Source: an uncultured Methanobacteriaceae archaeon (GTDB taxonomy: Archaea > Methanobacteriota > Methanobacteria > Methanobacteriales > Methanobacteriaceae). From it: a DNA stretch of 37,393 nucleotides. Under the pieces are notes generated by a model. The model saw nothing but the letters and a program-made list of their open reading frames with translations, ran no database searches and was not told where the DNA came from. Made by a program: the position numbers and the translations under genes. Positions 28,075 to 37,393 of this stretch are shown in pieces. Location of the stretch: NCBI GenBank assembly GCA_964620575.1, contig CAZUHM010000003.1, forward strand, positions 1 through 37,393, given 5' to 3'. Position 1 is the first letter of the stretch. Every line of letters begins with the position of its first letter.

Positions 28075-28761
28075 AAACTTAATTATGCTTGTTGAGAAAT
28101 ATTTTTTATTGTTTACAAATCCGTGAACAATGTTTTCATCTTCCATTGTACAGTTCTGTACTGACACTATTTCTTTTTCTCTTGGATCCTGGTTTATGCA
28201 GTCTTCCAGTAAGTCCAAATGACGTGAAGTTTTCATTGCCACAACAGTGTCTACATATGGTAATATTTTTGGTAATCTTTCGTCTATCTGTGGTACAACC
28301 ACAAGTATATCATCCTGTTCTGTCAATTGCATTCCTGCAGTTGTACTGCATGCTGTCATAGCAGCAATTCCAGGTACCAGTACTACTTCAACACCTTTTT
28401 TCTGTAATCTTTTTGAAACGTATGAAAATGTACTGAATATTGTTGGGTCCCCTAGTGTTACGAATACAACATCCAATCCCTGTGATAGTTTTTCGAAAAG
28501 CTGGTCTGCAGCTTCATCCCATGATTTGTCCAATGTTTCAGCGTCTTCAGTCATAGGGAATAACGGTTGTAATATTTCAGGTGCTTCTTCTCTTTCATCA
28601 ATTATTCCCTGAACGATTTTTAATGCTACGCTTGGTCTTCCCTTTTTTGATTGCGGAGCAAATATGATGTCTGTTTCTTTTATGATTCTTGCTGCTTTAA
28701 TTGTAACTAATTCAGGGTCTCCAGGACCTACTCCCAGACCATATAACTTACCTATTGCCAT
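28066..28761 (-). CDS. cbiL: Precorrin-2/cobalt-factor II C20-methyltransferase
   Basis: LYGLGVGPGDPELVTIKA, LFPMT, TLGDPTIFSTFSY, VPGI, VAMK and C-terminal YFST. Confidence 0.9.
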   Translation of the reverse strand: MAIGKLYGLGVGPGDPELVTIKAARIIKETDIIFAPQSKKGRPSVALKIVQGIIDEREEAPEILQPLFPMTEDAETLDKSWDEAADQLFEKLSQGLDVVFVTLGDPTIFSTFSYVSKRLQKKGVEVVLVPGIAAMTACSTTAGMQLTEQDDILVVVPQIDERLPKILPYVDTVVAMKTSRHLDLLEDCINQDPREKEIVSVQNCTMEDENIVHGFVNNKKYFSTSIIKFKK

Positions 28762-28971
28762 AATGTAATTCCTCTAATATGTTTTTTAATAATAATGATA
28801 AATTCTTAAAATTAATAAAGTAAACTTAAATTTTATTATTACTGTGATATCTACTATATTCTTAGTGGATTAAGATATATATAATTTAAAAGAAACTTTT
28901 AAAAAGAAAAATATTCCCATTAAAGTAAAATGAAAAAACATAAAAAAGCATGAAAAACATAAGGTAATATT

Positions 28972-30717
28972 ATGAATTCAATATTTTGTCCAGACTGTGG
29001 AATGATAAAAAACAAATGTGTGTGCTCAAAAAGTGAAAATGAGACACAATCATTGGTAGAAAGACCAACATTAGAGGAAAAGGAAGAATTACAAAGACAA
29101 CATCCTGACATCGATGATGAAATCATAGAAAACTTCCCATTTAAGCAAGCAAGACATAACCAGTTGGAACTTATTACGGAAATACTTAATGCTTTTGAAT
29201 CAGACAAGAAATATGTCATACTTGAAGCAGGAACAGGAACTGGTAAATCGGCAATAGCAGCAACGTTAGGACAAATCCTGCAACCATCATACATTCTTAC
29301 AATGACAAAACAGTTGCAAAGACAATACGCTGATGAATTCGGATATGCACAGGTAAAGGGAAGAAACAACTTCACATGCCTGGACAGTGGCGGACTGAAC
29401 ACGTGCGACCAGGGAACCTGTCAAACCATAAGAACATCAGATGAATTTACATGTCCATTCGGAATAAAGATGGAAAAAAGCAAGCAGAAAGACATGAAAG
29501 ACAATGACGGAGAATCATACTATAACACACCTTTCACGTTCAAGTCAACAGAGAAATGTCCATACTGGAGTCAGAAAGCAACTGCAATACAGGAACCTGT
29601 CACGCTACTGAACTATGACTACGCATACCTTGAGCTTAACTATGTACAGCACTTCCAGAAAAGAAACATTATGATACTGGATGAAGCCCATAACATTGAA
29701 GACAAGATAATGCACAAACTGGAATTGAACATCTACAACAAGCAACTACAAAAAGACGTCAACGAGGTAATTCCCAAGGACATGATGGGATATACTGACA
29801 TAAAAGACTGGATAGCATTCCTTGAAGCAATATTTGACTCATACAATGCTATTAACACAAAAATGCTTACAAAACAGAAAGGTGACAGAATAGAACATAC
29901 CAAGAGAAAAATCAAAGAAATAACAGAAAACATCAAGAAAGATCCCCAGGATTGGGTTGTGTCAACAGAAGATGGAATGGTATCATTCAAACCATTGAAA
30001 ATAGACAAGTATGCTGAAAAAACCCTCTTCCAATATGCCGACAAGATACTTTTCATGAGCGCTACAATACTTGACAAGGATCTCTTCTGCAAATGGCTGG
30101 GACTTGACCCGGATGATGTGTATTACATCTACAGTGAAAGTCCGTTCAAAAAGGAGTACAGGCCGATACACATGAACCTTGTCGGACCAATGTCAAAAAG
30201 AGCTTTATGGCATACGGCACCCAAGACCATACCAGTACTTAGGGACATAATGGACAAGCATAAGAATGAGAAAGGATTAATCCATACGAACAGTTACAAG
30301 TGTCAACACTACATTACAGAGCACATAAGAGAACAGAGAATACTGTCCCATACTCCTAAAGACAGGGAGAAGACACTTGCAGAATTTGAAAAGTCCAAGA
30401 ACCCCTATGTTCTTGTCAGTCCATCCATGAGTGAGGGAGTGGATCTGCCATACGAAAAATGTGAATTCCAGGTAATATATAAAGTACCATACCCTTATCT
30501 TGGAGATAAACAGATTAATGAACGAAAGAACATGGACCCCGTATGGTATGGATATAAAACTGTGATGACTCTGATGCAAGCATATGGTCGTGGAATGAGA
30601 GCAGAAAATGACCATTGTGACACATATATTCTTGACAAGAATATTCAGACACTGCTTAGAAATAAAATGTATAGAAAACTTATTCCAAAATTCTTCAGAG
30701 AAGCTATTACAAGCTAA
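28972..30717 (+). CDS. ATP-dependent DNA helicase, DinG/XPD (Rad3) family
   Basis: Walker A EAGTGTGKS, KGRNNFTC Cys-rich (Fe-S) region, DEAH, MSAT, SEGVD and QAYGRGMR. Confidence 0.9.
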   Translation: MNSIFCPDCGMIKNKCVCSKSENETQSLVERPTLEEKEELQRQHPDIDDEIIENFPFKQARHNQLELITEILNAFESDKKYVILEAGTGTGKSAIAATLGQILQPSYILTMTKQLQRQYADEFGYAQVKGRNNFTCLDSGGLNTCDQGTCQTIRTSDEFTCPFGIKMEKSKQKDMKDNDGESYYNTPFTFKSTEKCPYWSQKATAIQEPVTLLNYDYAYLELNYVQHFQKRNIMILDEAHNIEDKIMHKLELNIYNKQLQKDVNEVIPKDMMGYTDIKDWIAFLEAIFDSYNAINTKMLTKQKGDRIEHTKRKIKEITENIKKDPQDWVVSTEDGMVSFKPLKIDKYAEKTLFQYADKILFMSATILDKDLFCKWLGLDPDDVYYIYSESPFKKEYRPIHMNLVGPMSKRALWHTAPKTIPVLRDIMDKHKNEKGLIHTNSYKCQHYITEHIREQRILSHTPKDREKTLAEFEKSKNPYVLVSPSMSEGVDLPYEKCEFQVIYKVPYPYLGDKQINERKNMDPVWYGYKTVMTLMQAYGRGMRAENDHCDTYILDKNIQTLLRNKMYRKLIPKFFREAITS

Positions 30718-30804
30718 CTTCCCCACCAATACCTCCTTTTAGAAGAATCTTGTTTTAGAGATAAAAATAGTAATAAATTTATAAAAAAAGAAGTTTTGAA
30801 GAAT

Positions 30805-31971
30805 TTAAGGTAGTATATCATCAATTACGGATACTACTTTGTCTAATTCTTCTTTTGTGATGATTAATGGTGGTACGAATCGTATTACTGTACCGTTTGC
30901 TACGTTTATGAGAACTCCTTTTTCCTGTGCTTTTGCTACCAGGTCTCCACATTCATAGTTTAGTTCTACTCCTACCATTAATCCGTGTCCTCGAACTTCC
31001 ATTATGCAGTCATGTTTTTCTTTGAGTGCTTCGAGTTTTTCCATGAAATATAAACCGTTTTCATGTGATTTCTTTACCAGTTCTTCTTCTTCATAAATGT
31101 CTAGTACAGTGTTTGCCGCACAGCATACGAATGCTGTCCCTCCGAAGGTTGTTGCGTGACTGCCTGGCTGGAATGCATCTGCAACTTCTTTTCTTGCAAG
31201 TACTGCACCCATTGGTAATCCTCCTGCTATTGCTTTTGCACAGGTGGTTATGTCAGGCACTGTACCTGTCAGTTCTGATGCGAACATTTTTCCTGTTCGT
31301 CCGAAACCTGTTTGTACTTCGTCGAATATTAAAAGTATTCCTTTTTCGTCACAGATTTTTCTTAATGTTGGGAGGTAGTCATCGTCAGGTACTCGTACAC
31401 CACTTTCTCCCTGGATAGGTTCTACCAATATTGCTGCAGTATCTTCTGTTATTGCTTCCTTGATCTGTTCTATGTTGTTGTATTCGACATGTTTGAATCC
31501 TGCTGGCAATGGTTCAAATCCTTTCTGGTATTTTGGTTGTCCTGTTGCCGTGATTGTTGCAAGTGTTCGTCCGTGGAAAGAGTTTATTGTTGCAATTATT
31601 TCACCTTTTCCTGTGTATTTTCTTGCAAGTTTTATTGCTCCTTCGTTTGCTCCTGCTCCACTGTTTGCAAAGAATACTTTGTCATGTGGTGATGCTTCAA
31701 CTAATCTTTTTGCAAGTGTTGCCTGTTCTTCTGTGTAGTACAGGTTTGACACGTGTATTAGTTTTTCTAACTGTTTTGACAGGTTTTCTGTCATTTTTTT
31801 GTGGGTGTGTCCTATGTTGTTTACTGCAATTCCTGCTACACAGTCTATGTATTCGTTTCCTTCTTTGTCATATACTATGCTTCCATGTGCATGGTCTATT
31901 ACCAGATCGTATCGTCCATATGTATGCATTACATATGTGTCTAAGGTATTTTTTACTTCTTCAGTATTCAA
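30805..31971 (-). CDS. argD: Acetylornithine aminotransferase
   Basis: Class III PLP aminotransferase motifs [41 protein letters not shown] and AKAIAGG; TTG start after GGAGG. Confidence 0.92.
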   Translation of the reverse strand: MNTEEVKNTLDTYVMHTYGRYDLVIDHAHGSIVYDKEGNEYIDCVAGIAVNNIGHTHKKMTENLSKQLEKLIHVSNLYYTEEQATLAKRLVEASPHDKVFFANSGAGANEGAIKLARKYTGKGEIIATINSFHGRTLATITATGQPKYQKGFEPLPAGFKHVEYNNIEQIKEAITEDTAAILVEPIQGESGVRVPDDDYLPTLRKICDEKGILLIFDEVQTGFGRTGKMFASELTGTVPDITTCAKAIAGGLPMGAVLARKEVADAFQPGSHATTFGGTAFVCCAANTVLDIYEEEELVKKSHENGLYFMEKLEALKEKHDCIMEVRGHGLMVGVELNYECGDLVAKAQEKGVLINVANGTVIRFVPPLIITKEELDKVVSVIDDILP

Positions 31972-32125
31972 TTGTTTTTTCCTCCTGTATTTACTAGTTG
32001 TTATAAAATAATTAAATAATCATCATTACTAAGATATACATATAACTATATATATTCCATAAGCTTTAAAATTTACTAATAAGTATGTCTTTTCTAGGAT
32101 AGATTATTGTTCATAGTGTAGGTGG

Positions 32126-32872
32126 GTGTTGGTAAAAATGTCAATTGATTTGAAGAATCATTTTAGTGAAGAGTACCTGAAGGGCTATTTTTCAAGAAAC
32201 AGAAACATTTTCATAATTGCATTGCTCGTTTGTATCCTATTTGCCGGTATGGGATTCATTTATTATGATGAAATAGATGTTTACGCTGATGATGGTGAAT
32301 ATTTGGCAAATGTGATTGAAAATGTTAAAATGGAGAGTAGTCTTATCGGCAATGTTGATGGGGAGAATTATGATAATCTGCATTATGAAGATCTGGATTC
32401 CGATAACCTCTATGAGAATGATACTGCAGACATGCTTTTTAAGGACTACAACATAATCGGTTTTATTGAACTGTTTGTTCATAATTTCTCGATAGACATA
32501 TCCTGCATACTTGGCGGTTTTTTACTGTCAATTCCCACGTTGATATTAACTTTCATTAATGAAGTCATGTTTGGTGCCTTATTTGGACAGACCCCTCTTG
32601 TCATAATCCTCTTTGGTGTGATGCCCCATGGTATTTTTGAAATACCGTCCAGTTTATTTGCTCTTGCGGGAGGATTGATGCTTACAAAAATGGAACTGAA
32701 ACTAGTAAAAGGACTTTTAAGCAGTAATTCAAGCATCAGATACGAATTTAAACAATCAATTCCATTAATTAAGGATGCTCTGCTTAGTGCAGGAATAGTT
32801 TACATACTGCTCAGTATTGCAGCATTTATAGAAACATTCATCACACCGTTGACATTGTTTTTAGTTATCTGA
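32126..32872 (+). CDS. Stage II sporulation protein M (SpoIIM/DUF95) family membrane protein
   Basis: LFVHN, signature PHGIFEIP and C-terminal AAFIETFITP; the start may be ATG 32138. Confidence 0.85.
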   Translation: MLVKMSIDLKNHFSEEYLKGYFSRNRNIFIIALLVCILFAGMGFIYYDEIDVYADDGEYLANVIENVKMESSLIGNVDGENYDNLHYEDLDSDNLYENDTADMLFKDYNIIGFIELFVHNFSIDISCILGGFLLSIPTLILTFINEVMFGALFGQTPLVIILFGVMPHGIFEIPSSLFALAGGLMLTKMELKLVKGLLSSNSSIRYEFKQSIPLIKDALLSAGIVYILLSIAAFIETFITPLTLFLVI

Positions 32873-32975
32873 CCATCTTTTCTTTATTTTTTTTGCGTTA
32901 ATAAAATGGACAATATTTATTGTTTGATTAACTTTAACTATTTTGAATAACATATACTAGTATTAGGTGAAATAT

Positions 32976-33413
32976 ATGAAGAAAGCCGTTATTAAAACAG
33001 ACAAAGGTGACATTACAATAGAATTATTCCCTAATGAAGCACCTGGAACAGTAGAAAACTTTGAAAAATTAGCAAAAAAAGGATTTTATAATGGTCTAAC
33101 ATTCCACAGAGTTATACCAGACTTTGTAATCCAAGGTGGATGCCCAAATGGTAACGGTACAGGCGGACCAGGTTACACTATTAAATGTGAAACTGAAGGA
33201 AACCCTCATAAACATGGTACTGGAGCTTTATCCATGGCACATGCTGGTAAAGATACTGGTGGAAGTCAATTCTTTATTACACATTCTCCACAACCTCATC
33301 TTGATGGTGTTCACACCGTATTTGGTCAGGTAATTGACAGCAAAAGTATGGATGTTGTCTATGACATTAGACAGGGAGATGTTATGAATACAATTGTCAT
33401 TATTGATGACTAA
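32976..33413 (+). CDS. Cyclophilin-type peptidyl-prolyl cis-trans isomerase
   Basis: [30 protein letters not shown] and [10 protein letters not shown]; ATG after AGGTGA (ORF track starts at 32967). Confidence 0.93.
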   Translation: MKKAVIKTDKGDITIELFPNEAPGTVENFEKLAKKGFYNGLTFHRVIPDFVIQGGCPNGNGTGGPGYTIKCETEGNPHKHGTGALSMAHAGKDTGGSQFFITHSPQPHLDGVHTVFGQVIDSKSMDVVYDIRQGDVMNTIVIIDD

Positions 33414-33510
33414 AAACATATAATAATAATGAAAAATAAATAATTAATTAGAATTTAAAATATTCATTCATCCCCTCCCAAATACATTTTCTATCTATTT
33501 ATCTTGTAAT

Positions 33511-34452
33511 TTACTTATTAGCTTTTAATTTTTCTGTTAATCCACTTAATCGTGTATAATTAAAGAGATATAATTGAATATAACCTGAATAATCTCCAAA
33601 TTTATCTTGTGCGAAGTTCATTATTTTTTTGTTTGTTGGTTTTTGTCCTTTAAAATAAAGATGTGTTGTTATTCTGTTTATCCATACGTCAACCGGATAT
33701 GCTTCATGCTTGTTATAGCCATACAATAGTATGCAATCAGCTACTTTTGGACCTACTCCTTCAAGTTCTGTTATTTTATTAAATGCCTTATCATATGATA
33801 AGTTGCTTATTTTCTGATGATAATTATTTTCACCTAATATCATTTTGGTAGAGTTTAACATGTAGGAACTTCTATATCCTACGCCATAACTTTTCAAACC
33901 TTTTTCAGTATCAGGTATCGTTATGAACTCGTTTTCCTTTGGAAATTGATAATATTCTTTTCCATTTAATTTTATTTTTTCTCCATATGCCTGTTTTATT
34001 TGATTTATTGATTTTGTCCATCTTTTTATTGAGTTATTTGCAGAACATATAGAAGATATTATGCATTCATATGGAAATTGTGCCTTGAATAATCTTAAGC
34101 CCTTGTTGAAGTTATAAACCTCATTTAACTCTTCATTATTATCCAAATAATCATATACTTTTGTTATATCATAATCAAGGTCAAAAATATAGAATAGCTT
34201 ATTTCTTAACTTTTCTTCATCTATATTATTTTCAGAGTAAAAGTTTACCTTTAATTCTTCATTACATTCCTTTTGGGATATTTCTACAAGTACTTCTTCT
34301 TCATCAAGTGTTATTGTTTCATAATATTTTCTGTTTTCTTCTTTCCATGGTGGTTGACTGGTTTGACCTGAGTACATTGTTGTCTTTAAGTCAAAGTCTC
34401 CCGGGTATTCATCATATCCTATGAACAGTTGTCCTGAAATCATAATTATCAT
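33511..34452 (-). CDS. ogg: 8-oxoguanine DNA glycosylase (OGG1-type, HhH-GPD)
   Basis: FDLKTTMYSGQ, ISSICSANNSI, GVGYR, HhH motif GVGPKVADCILLY with catalytic Lys, and PVDVWI. Confidence 0.85.
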   Translation of the reverse strand: MIIMISGQLFIGYDEYPGDFDLKTTMYSGQTSQPPWKEENRKYYETITLDEEEVLVEISQKECNEELKVNFYSENNIDEEKLRNKLFYIFDLDYDITKVYDYLDNNEELNEVYNFNKGLRLFKAQFPYECIISSICSANNSIKRWTKSINQIKQAYGEKIKLNGKEYYQFPKENEFITIPDTEKGLKSYGVGYRSSYMLNSTKMILGENNYHQKISNLSYDKAFNKITELEGVGPKVADCILLYGYNKHEAYPVDVWINRITTHLYFKGQKPTNKKIMNFAQDKFGDYSGYIQLYLFNYTRLSGLTEKLKANK

Positions 34453-34479
34453 CTTAAAAAAATAGTTAAATATTGGTGG

Positions 34480-35403
34480 TTAAATTTGTTCAGAGTATGT
34501 GACTTCTTTCTTGTTAACCCAGGTTATTCCATCTTTAGTGATTAAGACCACATCTACTGGTCCGCCAACACCCTGTATTTCACCAACGTCCATGCTTATT
34601 CCATCAGCATATCTTTGCATTATTGATGTTGACTTTATTAGAAATACTGCTAAGTCAACAGCATCCTGAAGTGTTATTAAACTCCATTGAATGTTATATT
34701 CAAGTCCTCTTATCTGATTGGTAAAATCATCAAATGAATTTTTTGACATGGCATTTACATAAGGTACCTTAAATATTTTGGAATCATAACCCAATATAAT
34801 TCTTGAGACTACATCTCCCTGACCTACCCATGTACAACCAAATTCATTATCCTTTCGTTTTATGTATAATTCACCGGGCGAGTTTACTTCAAAGGTTTGA
34901 GTACTTCCATCATTATTGTATCCGCTTACTATAAGATTTACTGGTTCAACATTTAAATGTCCTTCCTTTATTCGTCCTGAGGGCTGTTTTATTTTAAAGT
35001 CAATTGAATCTTCTTTGCGTTCAAGGGATAATATTTTATCACCGTTTCTTTCGGCTTCAATTTCGAGTTGTTGGGCTGAAACATCCAATTGTTTTTCCCA
35101 TGGGTATTGTTTGTTAATATAGTCATGAAGTCTGTTGGCAATTTCTTCAACGCTAAGATTGTTTAGATTGTTTGATTTTTTAAAATCTTCTATGTAATCT
35201 GAGACATTTTTTCTAATTCCTGAATTATCTGCAAAGAATGCTAGACCTGCTGTTCCAACAATTACCCTATCATTTAATGAAAACAATTTCATAGCTGAGT
35301 TGGTGGATATTCTTGTATATTGTTTTATATTACGTTCTGATTGTCTGCTGTCTGCTGCCATCACAATTCCTTGTGGTGTTACTATGTTAACTATGAGCGT
35401 CAT
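34480..35403 (-). CDS. Proteasome-beta/HslV-like Ntn hydrolase, uncharacterised
   Basis: Thr directly after Met, GIVMAADSR (Asp17, Arg19), KLF, GTAG, LIVSGY and C-terminal VGGPVDVVLIT; RBS AGGAG. Confidence 0.75.
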   Translation of the reverse strand: MTLIVNIVTPQGIVMAADSRQSERNIKQYTRISTNSAMKLFSLNDRVIVGTAGLAFFADNSGIRKNVSDYIEDFKKSNNLNNLSVEEIANRLHDYINKQYPWEKQLDVSAQQLEIEAERNGDKILSLERKEDSIDFKIKQPSGRIKEGHLNVEPVNLIVSGYNNDGSTQTFEVNSPGELYIKRKDNEFGCTWVGQGDVVSRIILGYDSKIFKVPYVNAMSKNSFDDFTNQIRGLEYNIQWSLITLQDAVDLAVFLIKSTSIMQRYADGISMDVGEIQGVGGPVDVVLITKDGITWVNKKEVTYSEQI

Positions 35404-35425
35404 TTTATTCTCCTGAATTTTATTG

Positions 35426-36250
35426 TTATATTCTTATTGGAATTTCTTTTTCGTTTAAGTATTTTTTTACCTCTGGTATGGGATATTCATCAAAATGGAA
35501 TATGCTTGCAGCCAGTGCGGCATCTGCTTCCCCTTTTGTGAATGCCTCATATAAATGTTCTGGATTTCCTACGCCACCAGATGCTATTACGGGTATGGAC
35601 ACATTTCTACTTATTGTTCGTGTTAGGTCCAAGTCATAGCCTACTTTTGTTCCGTCACGATCCATACTGGTAAGCAGTATTTCCCCGGCTCCCCTTTCTT
35701 CACATTCTATAGCCCATTTAACTGCATCAATGCCTGTGAATTCTCGTCCGCCATATATGCTGCAGTCAAACCAACAGTATCCTTTTTCTGTTTCTACAAT
35801 GTAATGTTCATCCGATTCGTCGGGATTTTCAACATATCTTCTTTTGGCATCAATTCCTATTACACATGCTTGACTACCAACATGTTCGGATGCTTGGTTT
35901 ATTAGTGATGGATTATGTATTGCTGCCGTATTAGTGGAACATTTATCAGCCCCAGCTTTAAGCATATTAACATAATCTTCAACTTCGCGTATTCCACCAC
36001 CTACACATATAGGGCAGAAGACATTTTCTACGGTTTTTTTAATTACGTCGGCCATGGTTGACCTACGTTCATGCGAAGCAGTAATATCCAGAAATACTAT
36101 TTCATCGGCTCCCTGTTCATAATACTTTGTAGCAAGTTCTACAGGATTTCCTGCATAGCGTATTTGTTTAAATTCTACTCCTTTAACTACTCTTCCTTCT
36201 GGTACCTGTAAATCACAATCTAAACATGGAATTATTCTCTTTGATAACAT
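35426..36250 (-). CDS. hisF: Imidazole glycerol phosphate synthase cyclase subunit
   Basis: [48 protein letters not shown] and ALAASIFH. Confidence 0.97.
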   Translation of the reverse strand: MLSKRIIPCLDCDLQVPEGRVVKGVEFKQIRYAGNPVELATKYYEQGADEIVFLDITASHERRSTMADVIKKTVENVFCPICVGGGIREVEDYVNMLKAGADKCSTNTAAIHNPSLINQASEHVGSQACVIGIDAKRRYVENPDESDEHYIVETEKGYCWFDCSIYGGREFTGIDAVKWAIECEERGAGEILLTSMDRDGTKVGYDLDLTRTISRNVSIPVIASGGVGNPEHLYEAFTKGEADAALAASIFHFDEYPIPEVKKYLNEKEIPIRI

Positions 36251-36297
36251 ATCTATTCACTCAAAAAAATAATTAATTAGGGGGAAGGGAATTTAAT

Positions 36298-37203
36298 CTA
36301 TTCTTTAAGTAATTTGTAAAGGATTGCCTTTTGTGCATGTAATCTGTTTTCTGCCTGATCCCAGATTGCAGATTGTCTTGAAGTCATTACATCATCAGTA
36401 ATTTCCTGACCACGAATTGCTGGAAGACAATGCATTACAATAGCATCATCCTTTGCTTGTGACAATAATGCAGAATTAATCTGATAGTTCTTCAATACCT
36501 TTTGTCTTTCTTCGGATTCTGCTTCATCACCCATACTTACCCATACATCCGTATAAAGAATATCAGCACCTTTGACTGCTTTGTTGACATCATGTTCAAT
36601 ATTGATGGTTGAAGTTGTCTTTTTTGCTTCTTTTAGTGCTAAATTATATATTTCTTCATCCGGTTCATAACCTTCTGGACAGGCTACTGTCATATCCATT
36701 CCAGTATATGCTGCACCTAGAAGAAGTGAATTGCAAACATTGTTCCCATCACCAACAAAAACAAATTTTCTATTGAAATCACCCTTATACTCTTTAATAG
36801 TTAATAAATCTGCAAATGTCTGACAAGGATGTTCTTTATCAGTTAAACCATTGATGATTGGAATATCTGCATATTTTATTAATTCTGCAACACTTTCATG
36901 ACTTTTTGCACGTATCATGACACAGTCAAGAAACCTTGAAAGAACCCTTGCAGTATCTGATATAGGTTCTCCCCTACCAATTTGCAAATCATTGCTTGAT
37001 AAATATAATGGCGTTCCACCAAGCTGGTGCATTCCCACTTCAAAAGATACCCTTGTACGTGTTGATGATTTCTCAAAAACCATTCCCAAATACTTATCAG
37101 TCAAGGGTTTACCTTTAATTTCACCTGATTTAAGAGCTGATGCAATATCTAAAATTTCCCACAATTCATCCTTAGCATCAGCCATTGATAATAAACTTTC
37201 CAT
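36298..37203 (-). CDS. argF: Ornithine carbamoyltransferase
   Basis: [36 protein letters not shown] and QAENRLH. Confidence 0.96.
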   Translation of the reverse strand: MESLLSMADAKDELWEILDIASALKSGEIKGKPLTDKYLGMVFEKSSTRTRVSFEVGMHQLGGTPLYLSSNDLQIGRGEPISDTARVLSRFLDCVMIRAKSHESVAELIKYADIPIINGLTDKEHPCQTFADLLTIKEYKGDFNRKFVFVGDGNNVCNSLLLGAAYTGMDMTVACPEGYEPDEEIYNLALKEAKKTTSTINIEHDVNKAVKGADILYTDVWVSMGDEAESEERQKVLKNYQINSALLSQAKDDAIVMHCLPAIRGQEITDDVMTSRQSAIWDQAENRLHAQKAILYKLLKE

Positions 37204-37262
37204 GTTATCCTTCCCATAAAATTATAATTAAAATATTCAACAATAAATAATATATTTTTTTG

Positions 37263-37393
37263 TCTTTGCTCCGGCAGCTCGAGGAATTCCGCGCAAGGAC
37301 GCTGGAACTGGTCCGCTACGCCTTCCGGCCGGAGCAGGTGGCCCGCTGCTTTCGGAACCTGGGCTACTACTACGTGGAGAAGCGGCAGTGGGA
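37263..37393 (+). other. High-GC foreign coding fragment (TPR-like), probable chimeric contig end or insertion edge
   Basis: By hand count 85 of the last 133 nt are G/C, against 9 of the preceding 60. The open frame reads SLLRQLEEFRARTLELVRYAFRPEQVARCFRNLGYYYVEKRQW with mostly G/C-ending codons. Confidence 0.6.

Noticed and set aside
28920-30729. Several 119-160 aa minus-strand ORFs over the helicase
   Set aside because: Antisense to a well-supported helicase gene and lacking protein-like motifs.
31065-32011. Cluster of plus-strand ORFs over argD
   Set aside because: Leu/Phe/Cys-rich shadows caused by the A-rich codon usage of argD on the opposite strand.
34480-35403. Calling this gene psmB or Connectase
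   Set aside because: No propeptide, GSG or DxxSGG motif and too long for PsmB; lacks the Connectase-type sequence after Asp17 as I recall it.
37268-37336. tRNA-like appearance: GCTCCGG...CCGGAGCA could be an acceptor stem, and GC-rich islands in AT-rich archaea are often RNA genes
   Set aside because: Only 54 nt lie between the stem halves, there is no T-loop TTCRA on either strand and no clean anticodon stem. The stop-free frame with strong third-position GC bias fits protein coding better.
1-37393. CRISPR array, IS element, integrase or invertible phase-variation repeats around the glycan genes
   Set aside because: No spaced repeats, transposase or recombinase ORF, or long inverted repeats were visible by eye; no in-gene frameshifting homopolymer was seen. 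Short dispersed repeats could have been missed without a self-alignment.

Overview
AT-rich archaeal DNA, almost certainly from a pseudomurein-walled methanogen (Methanobacteriales, Methanosphaera-like). The assignment is inferred from a protein with pseudomurein-binding repeats, an MsvR-like regulator, DUF2206/DUF1616 genes, cbiL and the style of hisF. Positions 1-28 kb form a large surface-glycan locus: 13 glycosyltransferases (9 GT4-like, 4 GT2-like), two Wzx-type flippases, two NDP-sugar epimerases, a divergent UDP-galactopyranose mutase, a LicD phosphotransferase and DUF1616/DUF2206 membrane proteins. The locus also holds an ArsR-V4R regulator and a secreted Ig-repeat/pseudomurein-binding protein with an unexplained enzyme-like C-terminal domain. 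Positions 28-37.2 kb are mostly housekeeping (cbiL, DinG/XPD helicase, argD, SpoIIM-family protein, cyclophilin, ogg, hisF, argF), with an orphan propeptide-less proteasome-beta-like Ntn hydrolase between hisF and ogg. The last ~133 bp switch abruptly to 64% GC coding-like DNA, probably a chimeric contig end or an insertion boundary. No rRNA, tRNA, CRISPR array or transposase was seen. All calls come from motif recognition by eye; no database search was run.
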